DNA of 33,981 nucleotides from a virus (lineage: Duplodnaviria; Caudoviricetes). Positions 31,963 through 33,981 of this stretch are shown piece by piece; within the stretch, counting starts at the first letter, position 1; the number at the start of each line of letters is the position of its first letter. The DNA lies in IMG/VR virus record IMGVR_UViG_3300021085_000113, positions 1 through 33,981 of that record, one strand, 5' to 3'. The notes below the pieces were generated by a model, which ran no database searches, was not told the origin of the DNA, and saw nothing but the letters and a program-made list of their open reading frames with translations. Made by a program: the position numbers and the translations under genes.

Positions 31963-33981
31963 GTTTTTCAGCACCAAGTAATGGTATTATAGAACAAACA
32001 GGTAGTGACTTGAATTTGTCTGGTCTAACAGGCAATAGTGGCGTGACCATAACCGTTGACCAAGGTCTGACGTATTATGACTTTGGCGTGAATAGACTTT
32101 CTATAAAGGGTGGATTAAAACTAGACCCAGAATCTGAAGTTGCAATTTTTCAACATGACCAAAATCCTGATGGGGATGGGGCTGCCCTTTCTATTTCTGG
32201 CACACAAATTACTAGCTGGAAATACGGATTTACAATCGCATATAATTCTGAGGGTAATGCTGTACTTACTTTTACCTCCGATACAGTCTATGAGGTAGGA
32301 CAAAGTCTTTTCATCCAAGGAATTACAGGTGATTCTTCAGATTCATTAAGAAGATTTAATGATTTACCCCATCTTATTAGAAGTATTTCCTCAGATACTA
32401 GGGAAGTTACATTGGATTACAAGGACATTGGTGATACATTAGCGACCAGTGGCGGTAGTAGAATTGCAAGTTATCCTGGTTTTGAGTATGGGGGAGAGTA
32501 TACAGGTTACGGCAAAACAAGAACATCCCGTGGGACAGGTATTTTTATTACGGGTCAAACTAACAGCAATTGGCATCCAAGTGGTTACGGTATGTCTGGC
32601 GGTTCCAGAACTAAGTTCCGAGCTAATGGTGGAACAATAGTAATAACTAAGCCTTGGAGTTTTGGCTCTCATGTAGAATGGAAAGATTTAAAAATAGTAA
32701 ACCCAATAGCTGGTTGGAGTCCAGAGGCAAGGGGTATGGCAACAGGATATATAACAAATGTTGAACTTGTTAATATGTCTATCGGAAACTTCAGCAGTCT
32801 TTACACGAAAGAATTTAATCTTGTAAATGCGTCTTTCTTTAGAACTTTCGGGAATACCTATGAACTACCTTTGTTTAATGTAGACACCAATCAAAATACC
32901 AATGGTTATGATTTTGGTGATGCTTCAGGGACGGGGCATGGGCACACGCTCGTCAAGGCGTACAATCCTTCTGCTGGCTCAAGTTTTAGGTCTATGTGGA
33001 GAGGCACTACAGGAAGTGTAAACCAGAGTAATGTCACAGAAACATATAGAAATGTTAGCATAAATATTACGGATATTGCGAATAATCCATTGCCTGATGT
33101 TAAAGTTCATGTAAAAGACAATCCTTCAGAGTATGCAAAAAATACAGCGTTAAGAAATAAAAGCGGTGGTAGTCATTCTTATTCTGTAAGTATATCTGCC
33201 GCAACTCCTGCCGTAGTGACATTTACTAGTCATGGATTTGCTACTGGAGATTGTGTGGCAATATATAATTTTCCTGATGCGTCAGGCATAAGCGGAGCAG
33301 ATGTAGTTAATGGTAGAAAAAAAATCACAGTTATTGACGCTGATTCCTTTAGTTTGCAAGATTTTGATGGCAGTGATGTTGTTGGAACTATTAACCATGC
33401 TGTCGGTGACGGAAAACTAGCTACCGCTATAGAGTATAACAACCTGAGTGCAAAAGAATACCTTAACACTTCCGATTCTAATGGAGAAATATCTGAATTT
33501 TCAATTTTAACTGGTGCTCAAATCAAAGAATATAACACCAGTGAGCGGGCAGCACTCCAATCATTTGGAGGCCCTTACGCAATTGATGACTATACGAGTG
33601 CGTGGAAGGACAATGCAGAAAATAGAGGAGCTTCATACGCCGATTGGGACACGGATAAGTTTGGTGGATTTTACAAAGTAGACAGAAGGGGTCAGGGGAA
33701 TACTACAGAAGATATTTTTAATTTCAATTTTTGTGCCTACGACAAGATGCTAGGAACTAGTGCAAGGTCATTACTCGGAACACAAACCTTGTCATTTGAT
33801 TGGCTTCTTTTTGATGACTCTATAATTACTGACACGCGAGCAACCACAGATGCATACACAGTAATTGAAACACCGCAGAAGTTCTATAACAGAGCAAAGG
33901 CATACTTGACCGATAACTACGCAGGCGAAACATCAACTATTGTTTCTCGTGAAGGTAACACCATTAATGCGGGCTCTTATG
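31959..33981 (+). CDS. Large beta-rich tail/adhesin protein, 3'-truncated (absent from the ORF track)
   Basis: ATGA-coupled start MSFSAPSNGIIEQTGSD; no stop seen in the stretches read by hand; contains an E1-FCCH-like module (SISAATPAVVTFTSHGFATGD...ITVIDADSFSL). Confidence 0.75.
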   Translation, partial: MSFSAPSNGIIEQTGSDLNLSGLTGNSGVTITVDQGLTYYDFGVNRLSIKGGLKLDPESEVAIFQHDQNPDGDGAALSISGTQITSWKYGFTIAYNSEGNAVLTFTSDTVYEVGQSLFIQGITGDSSDSLRRFNDLPHLIRSISSDTREVTLDYKDIGDTLATSGGSRIASYPGFEYGGEYTGYGKTRTSRGTGIFITGQTNSNWHPSGYGMSGGSRTKFRANGGTIVITKPWSFGSHVEWKDLKIVNPIAGWSPEARGMATGYITNVELVNMSIGNFSSLYTKEFNLVNASFFRTFGNTYELPLFNVDTNQNTNGYDFGDASGTGHGHTLVKAYNPSAGSSFRSMWRGTTGSVNQSNVTETYRNVSINITDIANNPLPDVKVHVKDNPSEYAKNTALRNKSGGSHSYSVSISAATPAVVTFTSHGFATGDCVAIYNFPDASGISGADVVNGRKKITVIDADSFSLQDFDGSDVVGTINHAVGDGKLATAIEYNNLSAKEYLNTSDSNGEISEFSILTGAQIKEYNTSERAALQSFGGPYAIDDYTSAWKDNAENRGASYADWDTDKFGGFYKVDRRGQGNTTEDIFNFNFCAYDKMLGTSARSLLGTQTLSFDWLLFDDSIITDTRATTDAYTVIETPQKFYNRAKAYLTDNYAGETSTIVSREGNTINAGSY

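Larger units (their letters stand above)
1..33981. mobile_element. Temperate tailed phage genome fragment (excised/attP form), probably short-tailed
   Basis: Integrase with attP, DnaB/SSB/Sak replication module, terminase-portal-scaffold-capsid-tail gene order; no host housekeeping genes seen. Confidence 0.95.

Noticed and set aside
1-33981. Stop-codon reassignment
   Set aside because: Genes tile densely under the standard code, and TAA, TAG and TGA all end coupled genes
1-33981. Endolysin, tape measure, DNA polymerase or known anti-phage defence genes
   Set aside because: No recognisable motifs in this window; they may lie outside it

Overview
The whole window is a temperate tailed dsDNA phage (Caudoviricetes), apparently in its excised form, because an intact attP has phage genes on both sides. 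Layout: (i) 1-2369 (+): probably the distal end of the late operon, with six tightly packed Lys/Cys-rich mini-proteins, a MazG-like NTP pyrophosphohydrolase, a membrane protein and an HNH nuclease. (ii) 2320-8222 (-): early recombination/replication operon (Xis-like HTH, Sak/Rad52 annealase, Cas4/DUF2800-like exonuclease, RusA-like resolvase, initiator with internal repeats, DnaB, SSB). (iii) 8230-10350: lysogeny module with divergent promoters, a ribbon-helix-helix repressor candidate, attP and a tyrosine integrase. (iv) 10525 to the end (+): packaging and virion genes (TerS, TerL, portal, scaffold, 591-aa capsid, neck and tail proteins, many fibre/adhesin genes); no tape measure is visible. 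Most unusual signals: attP carries the 5' half (not the usual 3' half) of a tRNA-Thr(UGU) with its own promoter; the RusA-like motifs are split between two fully overlapping frames; a lipobox-bearing ORF is nested in the +1 frame of a membrane-protein gene; a palindrome TGACCTAAT-N2-ATTAGGTCA recurs at five late-gene starts, several of which look leaderless. All family calls come from motif recognition by eye; no database searches were run.
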